Shown: positions 1 through 12,570 of the stretch, one piece after another
Layout: every line of letters starts with the position of its first letter
Numbering within the stretch: position 1 is the stretch's first letter
Source: Paraphysomonas bandaiensis
Lineage: Eukaryota; Protista; Chrysophyceae
NCBI GenBank assembly: GCA_965644295.1
Contig: CBFFRP010000281.1
Location: 482,386 to 546,385 of the forward strand
Direction: 5' to 3'
Length of the DNA: 64,000 nucleotides
The notes under the pieces: generated by a model
Databases searched by the model: none
Seen by the model: the letters and a program-made list of their open reading frames with translations, nothing else
What the model was told of the DNA's origin: nothing
Position numbers and translations under genes: made by a program

Positions 1-2339
1 GCACCAATGTTTATCTGCCCGAACTGATGTCTACCCGGCGCAGGCAAGGGCAAATTTGCATACTGCTGTATGCGTCCTTCCGCGCACAGTAGCAGAGCTT
101 CTCAGAAAGTGTCCTCAATATATATCTGTAGCAGTAAATGGGTTGTGTAGCGAGAGAGATAAATTCTACACTCGATCAATGAGTGCGATGTCAAAATTCG
201 GTGTGCAGGACTATGTCATCGTCCCTGTTCAATTTACACGTGCTTTATATGCTCAGCTCACATTTCAAGCTCGTTTTCATCCCCCTCCTCGGTTCCACAG
301 TATTCAACGCAAGCTACAACTCACCAAATGGGACAGCGCCACTGCGAAGGCTTTTGATTTAGGCTGTCGGGTAACATGTGGTCTAGAAATCGCGTACCAA
401 AAATCTGTTAAAAGAAGTGCCTCAGCAGTGCAAGCGCGGGAAGAACGGAGAGTATCAACAGAGCGATTTTTGGATCAACACATATCCAAATGTGAAGCTA
501 ACAGTGTCAGTGACAAACCAGACATTGACAACTTTGTGGTCCTAACAACTGATTTGACTTCTGATATTATTGCCGATAATGAAGATGCTTTTATATTAGA
601 TGCGTTTCAAAACCCAATGTTGTTACATGAGCATATCACGTCACTTCAAAACGAGTTGAACGACGTTACGTTATGTGAGGTGTCTCCTCAAGACTCTGAA
701 AGTGATGGGTGGTTACATATGACACCGGAGGAATTCGAGAAAAATATGAATGAAAGAGTCTCCAGGATTGCAGGAGAAAATGACGTTGAAAATGATAAAA
801 GTAATATGGCTAGTACGAAAGAAGATGAAGCCCCTGTTGGGGGTAAGCGTACACACACTACACGGTATGATATGCCTCGTGCATCAAGCCGTCTTCCACG
901 ATCAGTAAGCGCTGCTGGAACAGATAACGATTCTGACGATGATACCATGGTGACTGAGATATGGAAACAGCGCCCTGTTAACAATCAAAATTTACCTGAA
1001 GAAGCTACAGCGGCGTCAAATACTTCAACGAATTCGAGTGAAGAACCGTCACGAATTCTCAGCGACATTGTGGGTGGTATGAATCGATTCATATCCTCTT
1101 ATTCAGATGTTGGGGGGTTTGCAGACGAAACTCAAGGGAAAGGTTCCGAAGATGAAGAGCTAGAGGCTGATGTCGATGATACTCGTGATGATGTACGAGT
1201 TGCGTCTGGCGGAACTGATATTTCTGAACCCAGTGGTAGTTCATTGGATGAAAACGCCCTTGAGGAAATTTCATTTGATTCTAGTGTGCTGATATCAATA
1301 TTGGAGAAGGGAGAGCTCTCTCCGAGAAGTGCCATGAAAAAGGTCAATGAGAATGGCGGAGATAATGCCGTATCTGGTTCTTTACGTAGTGAAGATACTC
1401 GCAGGGTATACTTCAATGGAGAGGACGAGACAAGACGCGACATTGACGATGATGTACAAGTAGCAACTGATGGAGTTGAACGTCTATGCGTGTCTGGTAT
1501 TGTGGGTGTGAATGATATACTGTTGGAAAATGATATAAATGATGGTGATAATGGAGATGATGACGGCGATGACAGTGACGATGAGGTGGAGAATAATATT
1601 GAAGCCACTAAGAATATACATGATAAAGAAAGTCGAAGTTCTGTAGGAAGATCACCTACAAAGTATTCTCTTGAGCCCTCCAAAGTTTCTGTACTAAATT
1701 TTGATACGTCGACCTCAACACTAACTGGTGTTGCTTTTGCTCACACTCCGCCGAAGGAAGGAAATTTTCCCAGCAGTGATGAAGATGACGGTAGTTCAGA
1801 CGAAAGTGAGGGCGAAGATAGTGACGATTGGACTGCTGGTGGTGAGGAAAAAGAAAACTCTGAAGATCGGTTTATGTCTGAGTACATGGTAAGCTACTAC
1901 ACATCGGTTTATTCGTCAAGTTGTTATTTTCCATACTTTTAATGTGTTGTTAATTGTGAACCGCTGAGTATGTTGGTAATACTGTCCAATAGATTAACTC
2001 TTTTTGGTGCACGTTATTATATTAGTTTGAGTATAGTATATTATTATAGTGTGATATTTTGTTTTATAGGACGCAATGGAAGCAGAGCTTTCTGGTTCAA
2101 CTATGTTGGAGACTTTTGAGCGGTACTCTGCAGATGTTGATGCGGAGAATGGCGAGGATGGTTTGTATAGGCCAGTAGATATTGAGGCGAACTTACTCAA
2201 AAATTTACTTGAATCTCATGCTAGCCAAATGGGATCTGCGGGACCGGCGAGTAACTTATTGAGTCAATTAGGGATAGACCTTCCACCTCCTCCGTCGTTA
2301 GTAGATACAAATTCAGACGACGATGTCGGTAGTCAGTAG
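1..2339 (+). CDS. ECD: Ecdysoneless/SGT1-family protein, 3' part (5' end outside window); intron 1889-2069
   Basis: Motifs 'V.FTRALYAQL..', 'LGCRVTCGLEI', 'DGWLHMTPEEFE', and C-terminal 'YMDAMEAEL..PVDIEANLLKNLLES..Q.G.AGPASNLL' are typical of ECD. GT at 1889 and AG at 2068-2069 join the two ORFs in frame. Confidence 0.88.
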
Positions 2340-2450
2340 TCTCTATGCACTGAATGCTATTTCTTTTGTTTTACTTTTGTAATAAATGCACTCAGTGCAA
2401 TCACAAGCAATATTGGTCGTGCTTATGTGACCATTTCCTTGTAAACCTTG

Positions 2451-4048
2451 CTGGTAACCGTTAATGGTAATGCTATTATAATTACCGGGACATTTTTCAT
2501 TAATGCCATTATAATTGCCGGGAACTGCACTACCATTAATGGCATCCCATTTACTTCTATATATAGAACTTAGTGTTTTTAAGATAATGTAGTATCTCCT
2601 CTATTCTCCGAAGAAACTATAAACAATATTAGACAACAATATTCATGCAACTCTACAGAACCTTGTTCACTATCTTTTCAATGCTCTCTAGTAGAGCTAG
2701 AGAATAGTTTCCTGAGCAATATGCATAGCAACGTACTCATATACCCAAAAACTCTAAAACACTCATTGAAAATACTTCACCTAGAAAACATTCATAAAAA
2801 TACTATTTTCCCCCAATGTTGAAAGAAGCTGCAGTACACAACTAAGCAAAGAGCAAAAAGTAAGTATACTCTGATACTCTGTATTTATACCATATACCAT
2901 ATACCATATATATATATATTAAGCGACGATGATGGCCAAAAAAATGATGGCAGTGTAATTTACTGTCTGAGTCTTCTTCCGAGTGAATTCAGAGAATCCC
3001 CTGCTCTGTATCATATTTGTTCGTTGTGCAATGATCGCTTTAAACAAGATATACAGCGAGGTTACACGACTGGTGTGAATCATATAACCAAGGGCACCAA
3101 ACATGTCGATTTTTATTGGCAAGAGGAACTCGAAAACATTTTGGGAAGTGAAAGACTTCACGGTGGCGATTTATTGTCCTCTTTATAAGAAAGAAAGTAT
3201 TTCCTTACTCCAGATTCTTACTTCAGCTAACTATTGAAAGCTGAAACAATATTTGACGCAACTTGAAAAATTACAGAGTGTTACGCTCGCCTTACAAAGA
3301 GATGGAACCAATTTGTACCAAGCCCGCCAGCTATTAGATATACTGCTACAAGAATTTCCAGAGCTGCATCCATACCTTTCCCTAAATGCAAGCATTGTTG
3401 CCAGTGCAATTTTTGAGAAGACAGTGGCTAAAATTCAAGAGAACGATGAAAGAGAGTTGACAGGCAATGAGTGAAGAGCAGTTAGACATTTGCAATGGGT
3501 TTTTAGACATCAGCAATTGCAGTTTAGGATTCATCCATTGATGTTGGTGCACCCGTCAGAAATAACTAGAAGCCGAGAGTGAAGGATATGATTTTCCACA
3601 GCGTGTTCTGGGCTTGGTACCTATGAGTCTAACTACCGCTGCTTGCGTCTTATTGAAGCACAATCTACTAATGTTGTTGAGAGGCTCTTTAGTCGTGCAA
3701 AGTTAATAATCACACCTGAACGTTGCATGAATCTATAATATCGTCTAGAATCGTTGCTATTCCTACGAGCCAATTACATGTGGTTGCAGGATGCTTAAAC
3801 CCTCCATGGAGCCTTGCAAGAAGATCCTGATGTGCCAGTAGAGAGCACGAAGTAGTTACAAGAAGTAATTAAGGGAGAACTTACTATACTATATCTATCA
3901 TGAGCGGTATTTTATCTACTTTAAGTTAGTAGATTGATTTTACTGATCATAAACGCCATTATAATTTCCTGACAATTTTCATTAATGCCATTATAATAGC
4001 CGGGAACTGGGCTACCATTAATGGGCCATTAATGGTTACCAGGCCCTG
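2451..4048 (+). mobile_element. Decayed hAT-like DNA transposon with transposase remnant (~3140-3800)
   Basis: Imperfect TIRs (ctggtaaccgttaatgg ~2451 / ccattaatggttaccaggccctg ending 4048), duplicated subterminal blocks, and frame-broken transposase 'LQSVTLALQ..LYQAR..YLSLNASIV' plus dimerisation motif 'STNVVERLFSRAK'. Confidence 0.75.
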
Positions 4049-4464
4049 TAATGTTCTATCAATTCATTATAAATATCAACAATATAATATAATATATGCT
4101 GAGATCAGCTTTTTATACATCTTCACCACCTACTAGTAGTAATTAGTGTGGAAAGCACGACAGGTGACTATGGGGAGTTTTGTGCACCACGCACACCATT
4201 TTTGCTTGTGTTGCTACATAAGCCTAATTCTTCATAAGAGAATGTATCTAGAGGCTCTTATGAAAACTAGCTAATTGATACATACGATATTTAATGTGAG
4301 ACTGAGGTCTACTGAATACAATAACTTGGCAGTGTAAGCACCATTCGGCATTCGGACAACTTATGGGACTGGATGGAAAAAATGGGAGTTCAACACAACA
4401 CTATATATCGAAGGTACACCATATACGTTTTAAAAGACTACATACATATTAAATTCAGTATGAG

Positions 4465-4876
4465 TCCAATATATCATCAAATATTTCACCAGGTTTTATA
4501 CATTTCACCAGCAGGTTTTGGTATTACCTCGACTTAATATAAAACACACAATGAAACTGCCATTATGAAATAGCGGTGGCGACGGCAGTATCGTCCTCAT
4601 TCACCTCACTTCATATTCGTGGTAAAAGCACTTCCAAGAGCATAATCGCACCCCTCTGCGGGACGATACTCTGTTTTATGGGGATCCGCTGGTGTTTGGT
4701 TCAGCAAAAAGAAATTAAGTTATTTTCGCTCAGTAACCGTAAATTGTGTGGTTTGATATATAGCAACAAACGAATCATCACTGTCCAGGCGAACTTGATA
4801 TCTCCCTTCAAGTCGAGGTAATACCAAAACCTGGCTTTTGATGTAAAACCTGGTGAAATTTTTGATGATGGTTGGA
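4465..4876. mobile_element. MITE-like element with ~60-bp imperfect terminal inverted repeats
   Basis: 4473-4535 (atcatcaaatatttcaccaggtttt...caggttttggtattacctcgactt) is the reverse complement of 4810-4869; non-coding interior. Confidence 0.65.
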
Positions 4877-4887
4877 AAAGGGTATAA

Positions 4888-5300
4888 CTATGCACAATAA
4901 GTAACTATGAATTTATCCACTGCTGTAGTTATAATCCAATTTGTAACTACTCCCTTGAGACCATTCATACTCTGCTTAGATAAATTCACGAGCTCAACGC
5001 TGTCACCAATATATAGCCACTGTATGCTTTTCTTTAATGGGTGTCTCCTTTTCAACAGAGGATGCAGTAGATTCATGCGCCCGTCCCACAACTTTAATAT
5101 GTTTCTCTAAAAAAAAACACTCTTCTTGTCGAATGTATGCGCTCAAGCGCCCAGTGCCCTCCACCATCACGAGATGCCTGTGTATTATCGACCCGTCCCA
5201 CTACAATGGCTTCTTGACCATTAAGAGATAGACCTGAACATCCGGTTATAACTACAATATCATTGATAGTCACCTGATGAGACCAGATACAGCCGCCCAA
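4888..5300 (-). pseudogene. Degenerate fragment with two KOW/SH3-like repeats
   Basis: 'NDIVVITGCSGLSLNGQEAIVV' and 'GDSVELVNLSKQSMNGLKGVVT' occur in different frames, with stops and frameshifts. Confidence 0.3.
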
Positions 5301-6638
5301 ATTTACTCTATTTTAATCATAGATATGAGCCCTTGTTACTATACCTCGGATACTAAAGACCATAGATACGAAGTAGTGATTATCTATAAGATCAATCAAC
5401 TGCTGTGTGCGCATACCACAACCATTATACTTATTACAGAACAGAGTGATGAAATTTCACTACAAACCAAACAGATATGATGATTAACTGGTAGTTCCCA
5501 CTGGCAATACGCAGAAAAGGTCAGGGTATTCTTGCATTGGCTTTGATCAGTATTCATGTGGATAACGAATAAGTTATCACCAACTATTCTCCCGATACCT
5601 AACCACGTGCGTGCTTCTTAACATTAATGACCGCCTTCACTGAGAAGATTATAAACCATTTACCGAATAAGAAGCATATCTTTAGGAAATTCGAGATCAT
5701 TCCTCCGGACACTCACAGCAGGTCTTAATTAGTTTCTTGAAATGTTATGAATAACAATTATGTTGGGTGAGTTGATACTACATCATGTTTTGTGCTTTCT
5801 TATGACAACACGAAAGCGTTCCACATTTTGACGAGTACGGTTCAAGTCACGCTTGTACATTAGAACTTATCATCCTATCGAACAGTATCGTAAGAATGGC
5901 TCACAGAAAAACTGATTTGAATTTAGTAATATATACTGAACCCTTGGTACCCACTAAGTTGCGGTATTAAACGTCTAAGAAGCGCATCACGTCAAAAAAT
6001 CAAAGAAAATCAAACATCATACTCGCTATTTCTGTTAAGGCAGTATTAAGACTCATTGATTCACGTATATCTCTTATCGCGTGAATACAGACATGTATAT
6101 AAATAAATATCACATAAACTGAAATAATTACCAAACTGAACAAGATACGCGACTGTAGAAGATACGCAAATGTGTGTGGTGCTAACGATCTGTTCAAACG
6201 TGTCTTGCGATTATACTATTAGACCTTATCCTTCATGTAAATTTTACGTAATCAATCTTTAGCTCTAAAATTACGAAGTGCATTTTTCATTAATACTATG
6301 ACTAGCTATAAATCGTATTTCTTTCGCTTATTAGTTGGTAATAACGCAACTACTAAGTACTATGCGCTATGCGTCTATCATGTATTATCTATTCTATGAC
6401 TTGCTCTGTCAGTGGATACTATGACTTCTTTACAACAGTTGTATGTTGTAAAACTATATGTGGCAGTGAAAATACTACTTTCATAACTGTCAGATACACT
6501 CAAGCATATAATACTAATCACTATTAATAATTGCTTTCATAATACACCCAGCTCGTAGTTAACACAAAGTAAGCAAGCGAGATAATAAGTCTAGTAATAA
6601 AATTATTAAAGAAGTAGCGAAAGTATGGCTACTAGAAC

Positions 6639-7586
6639 CTATGGCGGTGAAAGGACACTCACTGATCCGTCTGCCATATGAGCAACTAGAACTGTCGAAG
6701 CCATTTGGATAAACAAACCGTGCTCAACCACACCAACGGTGTTGTTTAGTTCAATATTCGCGGCCAACGCATCCTTGATGCTCATCTTTTTGTCAAAATG
6801 TAAGTCCACAATGTAGTTACCATTATCGGTAATAGCGATATCATTTCCATCTTGTTTGTTGTTGGATACATTTCCGCGCCGGAGCACGGGACGGCAGCCT
6901 TTTAGTGACGGTAGACCTGCCACAGTGCGAATCGTATGTTCATAGCAGAACGGGGTGATTTCAACCGGCAATGGAAATCCTGGTCCAAGCTCACGTACCA
7001 GTTTAGAATCATCGGCGATTACGATAAAAGTTTTCGAAGCAACTTCTACCTAGTATGCATAAATGATAATTCGTCACATTACAAAACAGCGTTCCCACCA
7101 TTTTTTCTCGCAGTAATGCTCCACCGCCGCCCTTGATCATATTAAAATTTTTATCTATCTGATATAATTAAATTACACAGTGTCACATTTTAATAAAGAA
7201 ATCCATCTGACCTGATCTGCCCCATCAATAGTAACATCCAAGACGGAATGATCATTTAATGTTGCAAGAGGAATTCCAAGAGATAAAGCCTGCGTCTTCG
7301 TAGCTTCGGAGGTTGGTATTGCAATAATGTTTTTCAATTCTCCACTCTTCAGCTTCTGTCCCAGCCGTTCTACTGCGTATTTTGCAGTTGAACCGGTCCC
7401 CAGGCCAACAATCATGCCACTCTTTACATAGTCATCAACACTTTTATACCCCACAATTTGTTTTGCTTTCTCAGACGTTGATTGAGGAGCACAAAGAGAA
7501 GGATGGGATGTTGTGTACATGCATCCAGACGCCATCACACCACACGCCACTACACGACGATGAGCTAGAGTAAATCGGGAAAACAT
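6639..7586 (-). CDS. RPIA: Ribose-5-phosphate isomerase A with N-terminal presequence; 2 short introns
   Basis: GLGTGST, DGADQ, spliced IKGGGGALLREK, PVEI.PF, TDNGN and GVVEHGLF motifs. Confidence 0.96.
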
Positions 7587-7822
7587 TATAAATGTATTCG
7601 ATTGGTATCTATAGGAATAACTTGCGTGTATCAAGTATATGAACAACAAGCATAGTGGTATCTTCCTCTTCTCCCTGCTACGACTGTGCAGGAGTTCCTA
7701 CAGTGGTAGGCTTTTTGGGTAGCATGCGTACAATGATACTCTGTATCTCCATATCTAGACATTCGGTGTACTCATGCAAGCATACTCCTGGTACTGGCGC
7801 ATACATACCATGCATACTGTTG

Positions 7823-8069
7823 TACATACATACATACATACATACATACATACATACATACATACATACATACATACATACATACATACATACATACATA
7901 CATACATACATACATACATACATACATACATACATACATACATACATACATACATACATACATACATACATACATACATACGTACATACATACATACATA
8001 CATACATACATACATACATACATACATACATACATACATACATACATACATACATACACACATACATAC
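7823..8069. repeat. (TACA)n microsatellite, ~60 units
   Basis: Directly visible; lies between the divergent RPIA and histidine kinase genes. Confidence 0.99.
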
Positions 8070-8319
8070 GTACGGCTGTACATAATCATCGTACTAGGTT
8101 TGAATTGTCGCATTGTTTATTGTGTTCGCACTCGCCTCATTGCTGTGGAATTCCTACATGTGTCAGGACATTGCAGGGCATATGCTTATGCCCATTCAAC
8201 CCTTCATATTCCAGCACTCTGTCTGCTATACATGATATACTTACATATACTTCTCCGTACGGAGGATATTAACTAAGAAGTAACTCCCACAGGGTCCTTG
8301 TGGCACTAGTAGGGCTCTT

Positions 8320-11022
8320 ATGATGCCTGAAGCACACGGATTGAATAGCGATCAAGACATGTCGTCATCAATGAATCAAACCCCTCATTCAGATAAGAAA
8401 TTCTCTCAGAATGTATCAAAGAGAGATATACAGTATAAAGTGATATGTCGTATGGGTGCAGGCACTCTTCTCAGTATATTGATTGGGTTGTTAACATATT
8501 ACACACTTGCTAACATACAATACACAGCATTTGAACGAGAGTATAGTTATCTGTCTCGGGGAATTGTGGATTCAGCTCAAACAGCACTCAGTCAAGCACA
8601 CAGTGTGGCGGAGACAGTGTCTGAAGTCTATGGCACCCAGTTTCCTGATTCATCTATGTGGCCTTATGTAGCTAGAGGACATTTTGGTCGAATGGTAGCA
8701 CCAATGATCAGTTTACTGGGTGCAAGAAACATCAATCATGTTCCTATTGTATATCCACGAAACCTGTACGAGTTTGAGACGTTTGCGTATGATTTTTTCG
8801 ACAGTGATGCGGAAAGTATATCTGGATTGGGCATTTCACCCTTTGGAAAGGGTGTATATGCTTTCAATGAATCAGGAATGAAATATCATGACACCACAGG
8901 GGTAACGAATTTTAGCCCATACAATATCATCACACCAGTGTTTCAAGTTGGTAATGTTAAGCAAAATTCACCTGTAGTGATGTATAATACTCACGCGGAA
9001 TCGGTACGAGGAAAAGGTATTGATGGAGTCATTGATTGCTTTGCCTCCAATGGTGACCCTGGCAGTTGCTCAACTCTGACTGACTTTATCTTTTTAGTTC
9101 AAGATGATGTGAAGAGTCCTGCAGCCATATTTTACTATCCTGAAATACCAGCTCACAATTCCTCACATCTGGTCGGATTTGTTGCAGTGGTTTTAAGTTG
9201 GGATGCAGTTCTTGTCAACACATATCATGATCGTAAAGGTAATACGGATATTTTGCTTGTCCTATCCAGCTCTGGCGGTACTACAGTGACTTACACCGCT
9301 CACAATGAGAAAATTGAATACATGGGGGAAGGAGATAAGCACAACAAAAAATATTCTGGTTATGGAGTAAGCGGATGCCTTGATTCTCCTGTGGGAACCG
9401 CTTCGACGTCTGCTAAATACACCTTGGTCGTATATCCAACCAACAGATATTACTACTCATTTGTGAACAGCTATCCCATCGTTGCGGGAGTTGTTACTGG
9501 TTTTGTAGTTATTGCTCTTATTTCGTTATTCGTTCTCTATGATGTCTTTGTTTCCTTGCAAAGATACCGAACAGAGGCTGTGCAATACACAAGGAAAGTA
9601 TTTTTGCGCTGGGTCAGTCATGAAATACGCACACCTCTGAATGCGGTGTATCTTGGCCTGACTTCTCTCTGTGACGCAACTAAAGATACTTATCACAATG
9701 CTCCAACGTCGTCTGAGTCCTTTCAGGAACTAAAAACTGGTTTGGAAAATTCGATTTCTGTATTAGATGATTTTTTGGCGTACAGCTCTTTCGATTCTCA
9801 TAACTATATCTTCAAGGAAGTCGCTATAATTGAACTCATGGAGAGTTGTGTTCGTAGTCACTCTGAAGCAGCAGTCGTGAAGAATATTAAAACAGAATAT
9901 GTGGTAAATTACAAAACAGAAGAATCTTCAAAAGGTGGTGCGTTGAACGTTATGGCAGATATAGATAGATTACGAGAAGCACTTAATCGAGTTTTACTGT
10001 ACTCAATTCATATATCTCCACGTGGTAAAGACTTAATTATATCAGGTATATGCGCACATATTATTAAGTGCTGGTCTAATGGTTTGTTATTGTTAGTTTC
10101 TTGGGATTTACCTATTCCTCAAGTTACTATTTCAGTGTCAAATTACGGCCCATCATTGAATCAAGATTTAATATGTGATGGATCATCATTCGATGTGTCC
10201 CGTCTTCGAACTGGAAGCCACGACAACTTATCCCTGTGGATTGCAGCTAATATTTTTAAAGCTCACGGGGGTAGTATGCTCTTAACGGGTACTGGAGATG
10301 TCGGGTCAACTGTTTCTATTATTCTGCCTCATGTTAACACATCATCTTCCACAAGAAGTGGTAGTATTTTTAAAAATCTTAATGCGTTTATGTCAGTCAA
10401 GTCTCAACGACATGTACTGCCATATTCAAATAGCGCAAGGTCTACAGATGAGTGTGAGAAATCGTTTTGCGAGAAGCGTTTACCGAGTGTCGTGCCCTCT
10501 AGTACGGTTGCATATGCAACTATTGAGAACGCTCATCTTCCTACCCTAAAGATTCTTGTAGTCGATGACGTCTTATCCAATAGAAAGATTTTGGCAAGGC
10601 TATTAACCCAGAGAGGTCATTGCTGCACAATGGCTGAGAATGGGATGGAGTCTATAGGTTTAGTGAAAAAACTTTGGGGTTCTTCGGAACAGTTTGATGT
10701 GATTTGCATGGACTATGAAATGCCGGTGTGTGATGGTCCGACGGCCGCTAGAAGTCTACGTGATATGGATTGCAAAATTCCAATAATTGGAGTTACAGGG
10801 AATGTACTTCAAGAAGATTTGCGCTATTTTGTATCTCAGGGAGCTTCTGTTGTGCTGCCGAAGCCTGTAGTAATGAAATCATTGGAGGAAGAACTTCGAA
10901 AGTTATTTTCGGGCGGAAAGCTTCGTGGAGTTAACACTTCAAGCTATGCCTCAATGGACGGTTCGTTTCGACAGAATTCTGATGTACATGATGCTTCGCT
11001 GGCAATGTTTGGTGGAGCGTGA
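8320..11022 (+). CDS. Hybrid sensor histidine kinase-like protein (TM - CHASE-like - TM - HisKA - degenerate HATPase - REC); probable 51-nt in-frame intron 10046-10096
   Basis: Two TM helices flank a ~320-aa sensor domain; H-box WVSHEIRTPLN; receiver LVVDD...CMDYEMP...GVTG...PKP. Confidence 0.92.
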   Translation: MMPEAHGLNSDQDMSSSMNQTPHSDKKFSQNVSKRDIQYKVICRMGAGTLLSILIGLLTYYTLANIQYTAFEREYSYLSRGIVDSAQTALSQAHSVAETVSEVYGTQFPDSSMWPYVARGHFGRMVAPMISLLGARNINHVPIVYPRNLYEFETFAYDFFDSDAESISGLGISPFGKGVYAFNESGMKYHDTTGVTNFSPYNIITPVFQVGNVKQNSPVVMYNTHAESVRGKGIDGVIDCFASNGDPGSCSTLTDFIFLVQDDVKSPAAIFYYPEIPAHNSSHLVGFVAVVLSWDAVLVNTYHDRKGNTDILLVLSSSGGTTVTYTAHNEKIEYMGEGDKHNKKYSGYGVSGCLDSPVGTASTSAKYTLVVYPTNRYYYSFVNSYPIVAGVVTGFVVIALISLFVLYDVFVSLQRYRTEAVQYTRKVFLRWVSHEIRTPLNAVYLGLTSLCDATKDTYHNAPTSSESFQELKTGLENSISVLDDFLAYSSFDSHNYIFKEVAIIELMESCVRSHSEAAVVKNIKTEYVVNYKTEESSKGGALNVMADIDRLREALNRVLLYSIHISPRGKDLIISGICAHIIKCWSNGLLLLVSWDLPIPQVTISVSNYGPSLNQDLICDGSSFDVSRLRTGSHDNLSLWIAANIFKAHGGSMLLTGTGDVGSTVSIILPHVNTSSSTRSGSIFKNLNAFMSVKSQRHVLPYSNSARSTDECEKSFCEKRLPSVVPSSTVAYATIENAHLPTLKILVVDDVLSNRKILARLLTQRGHCCTMAENGMESIGLVKKLWGSSEQFDVICMDYEMPVCDGPTAARSLRDMDCKIPIIGVTGNVLQEDLRYFVSQGASVVLPKPVVMKSLEEELRKLFSGGKLRGVNTSSYASMDGSFRQNSDVHDASLAMFGGA

Positions 11023-11724
11023 AAACTATCATTGTGTTTTGTTTATAGTAGCTCACATTTTTTTAGTATTTTTATTTGAATGTGTTCAAGTTTACACAGT
11101 ATCCTGATAAAGGAATTATTGCGATACATATATTGTAGTTGCTAATCGTATGATTGGAACTACAAGTAGTATATATGTTGGTAGTGACTTTGTTGTAAGG
11201 CACTCAACGAAGATGGACTCATGACGATGTAATTGAAAATTATACCGGCTCACGATCTAAACGAATGTGATGGTTCATCTGAAGAGCTGACTAACTAAAT
11301 CGTCACTGTCGGCAAATTAATTTGAGCAATTATATATTACTAAAGTCGTGGTTCGTTTGAAAACGTCAAAATATAACAAAGATGAGTTGAAAGAGTTAAC
11401 GATATTTGATATATACGGCGTGTAATAAATATATATGTTGATCATACAGACAATATGAATTCATTCCCATATTGTCTAAAACAATGTGTTATGACCTGAA
11501 TACTGAATACTACGCTTATATTAGCACCGGCAAAATACAAACATTCAACTTCAATATCTTAATTTTACGATATTATTGACAGTCATTGGCATGTAATTCA
11601 TTGTATTATATACTTCAATGATGACTCAACTTTCAAAAACAGATCATCAAACACTGCAAGCTATATTCAATATTCAATATTTCATCTTAGTAGTGAATAT
11701 CTAATACCTGTATATTATATTGAA

Positions 11725-12570
11725 AGCATTCGGCTATGAGTGGGCAGAAGAATATCTGCTGATTATGTTTGCGGCTCACGTTAGTTTCCCAGAGAGAATC
11801 TCTCCGGTACTTATCCCCCAGAACATCACGAAAAGGTGCGAGTCCGATTTTGTTGAGGGATCTGATACCTGGATATTAGAAATAGATGTGTAAGAGTCAG
11901 AACTAATATAGCAATACAATTTATTTCATCAGTCATCTGATTGTGGAAGATCATAATGATGTCAGTGCAAGCGATTTATTTAATATTACTTCTTCTATAT
12001 CGAAACAACTTCTTCTAATATTTAATATCGAAACAACTTCTATAATATTACTGGAGAGTTCAGATGTGCGACATCTGATACTGTATCGGTGCATAGGAGC
12101 AGCGGCTCCCAGTCCTTTCAGGGTTAGAATCACGTCGTGCTTATCAGGATTGTGTGCCATATACACATCAGTAATCATCACGAATTTCAACACCTCGCAG
12201 TTGCTATTCCCTCAGTATCCTTCTGTAGGAGGTAGGAATACATTTATTTGTTATTGATACTATATAGAAATTTGGAGGTTTATAGTTAATATAGTGCGAT
12301 TACTATTCCCTAAGCATACAGAATATAAAGTCGGACTCGCCTTTTCGAGGTATTCTGGAGATTAAATACCGGAAGAAACTAAAACACGAGCCGCGCATAC
12401 AGTTGGCAGATATTGTTCTGCTTACTTATAGCCAAATGCCTATGTGTGTCACATGTGTAGACGTCTTTGGGCCTTGACGAATAAACAGGCATCCGGGAAT
12501 GGGCCCACCTCAAGGACATCGGGGTATTGGGTTGCCTGCTGAAGTCAAACATCCGGGCTGTTCACCTTTT
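11725..12570. repeat. Inverted pair of a dispersed repeat family (also at ~44710-44795 and ~55095-55370)
   Basis: 11725-11860 is similar to the reverse complement of 12308-12440; 12310-12570 is similar to the reverse complement of 55095-55370. Confidence 0.75.

Noticed and set aside
688-1683. Antisense Ser-rich ORFs (similar ones overlap the copia and 37.7-38.3 kb genes)
   Set aside because: Shadow frames of the real genes on the opposite strand.
7655-8272. HTYI/MYVC-repeat ORFs
   Set aside because: Translation artefacts of the (TACA)n microsatellite.
10046-10096. Hydrophobic insert within the HK ATPase domain (similar case at ~56856-56900 in the P450)
   Set aside because: Better explained as stop-free, in-frame GT-AG introns of typical size.
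8320-11022. Bacterial contamination or a prokaryotic two-component operon
   Set aside because: Surrounding genes have spliceosomal introns and eukaryotic TEs, and composition is uniform.
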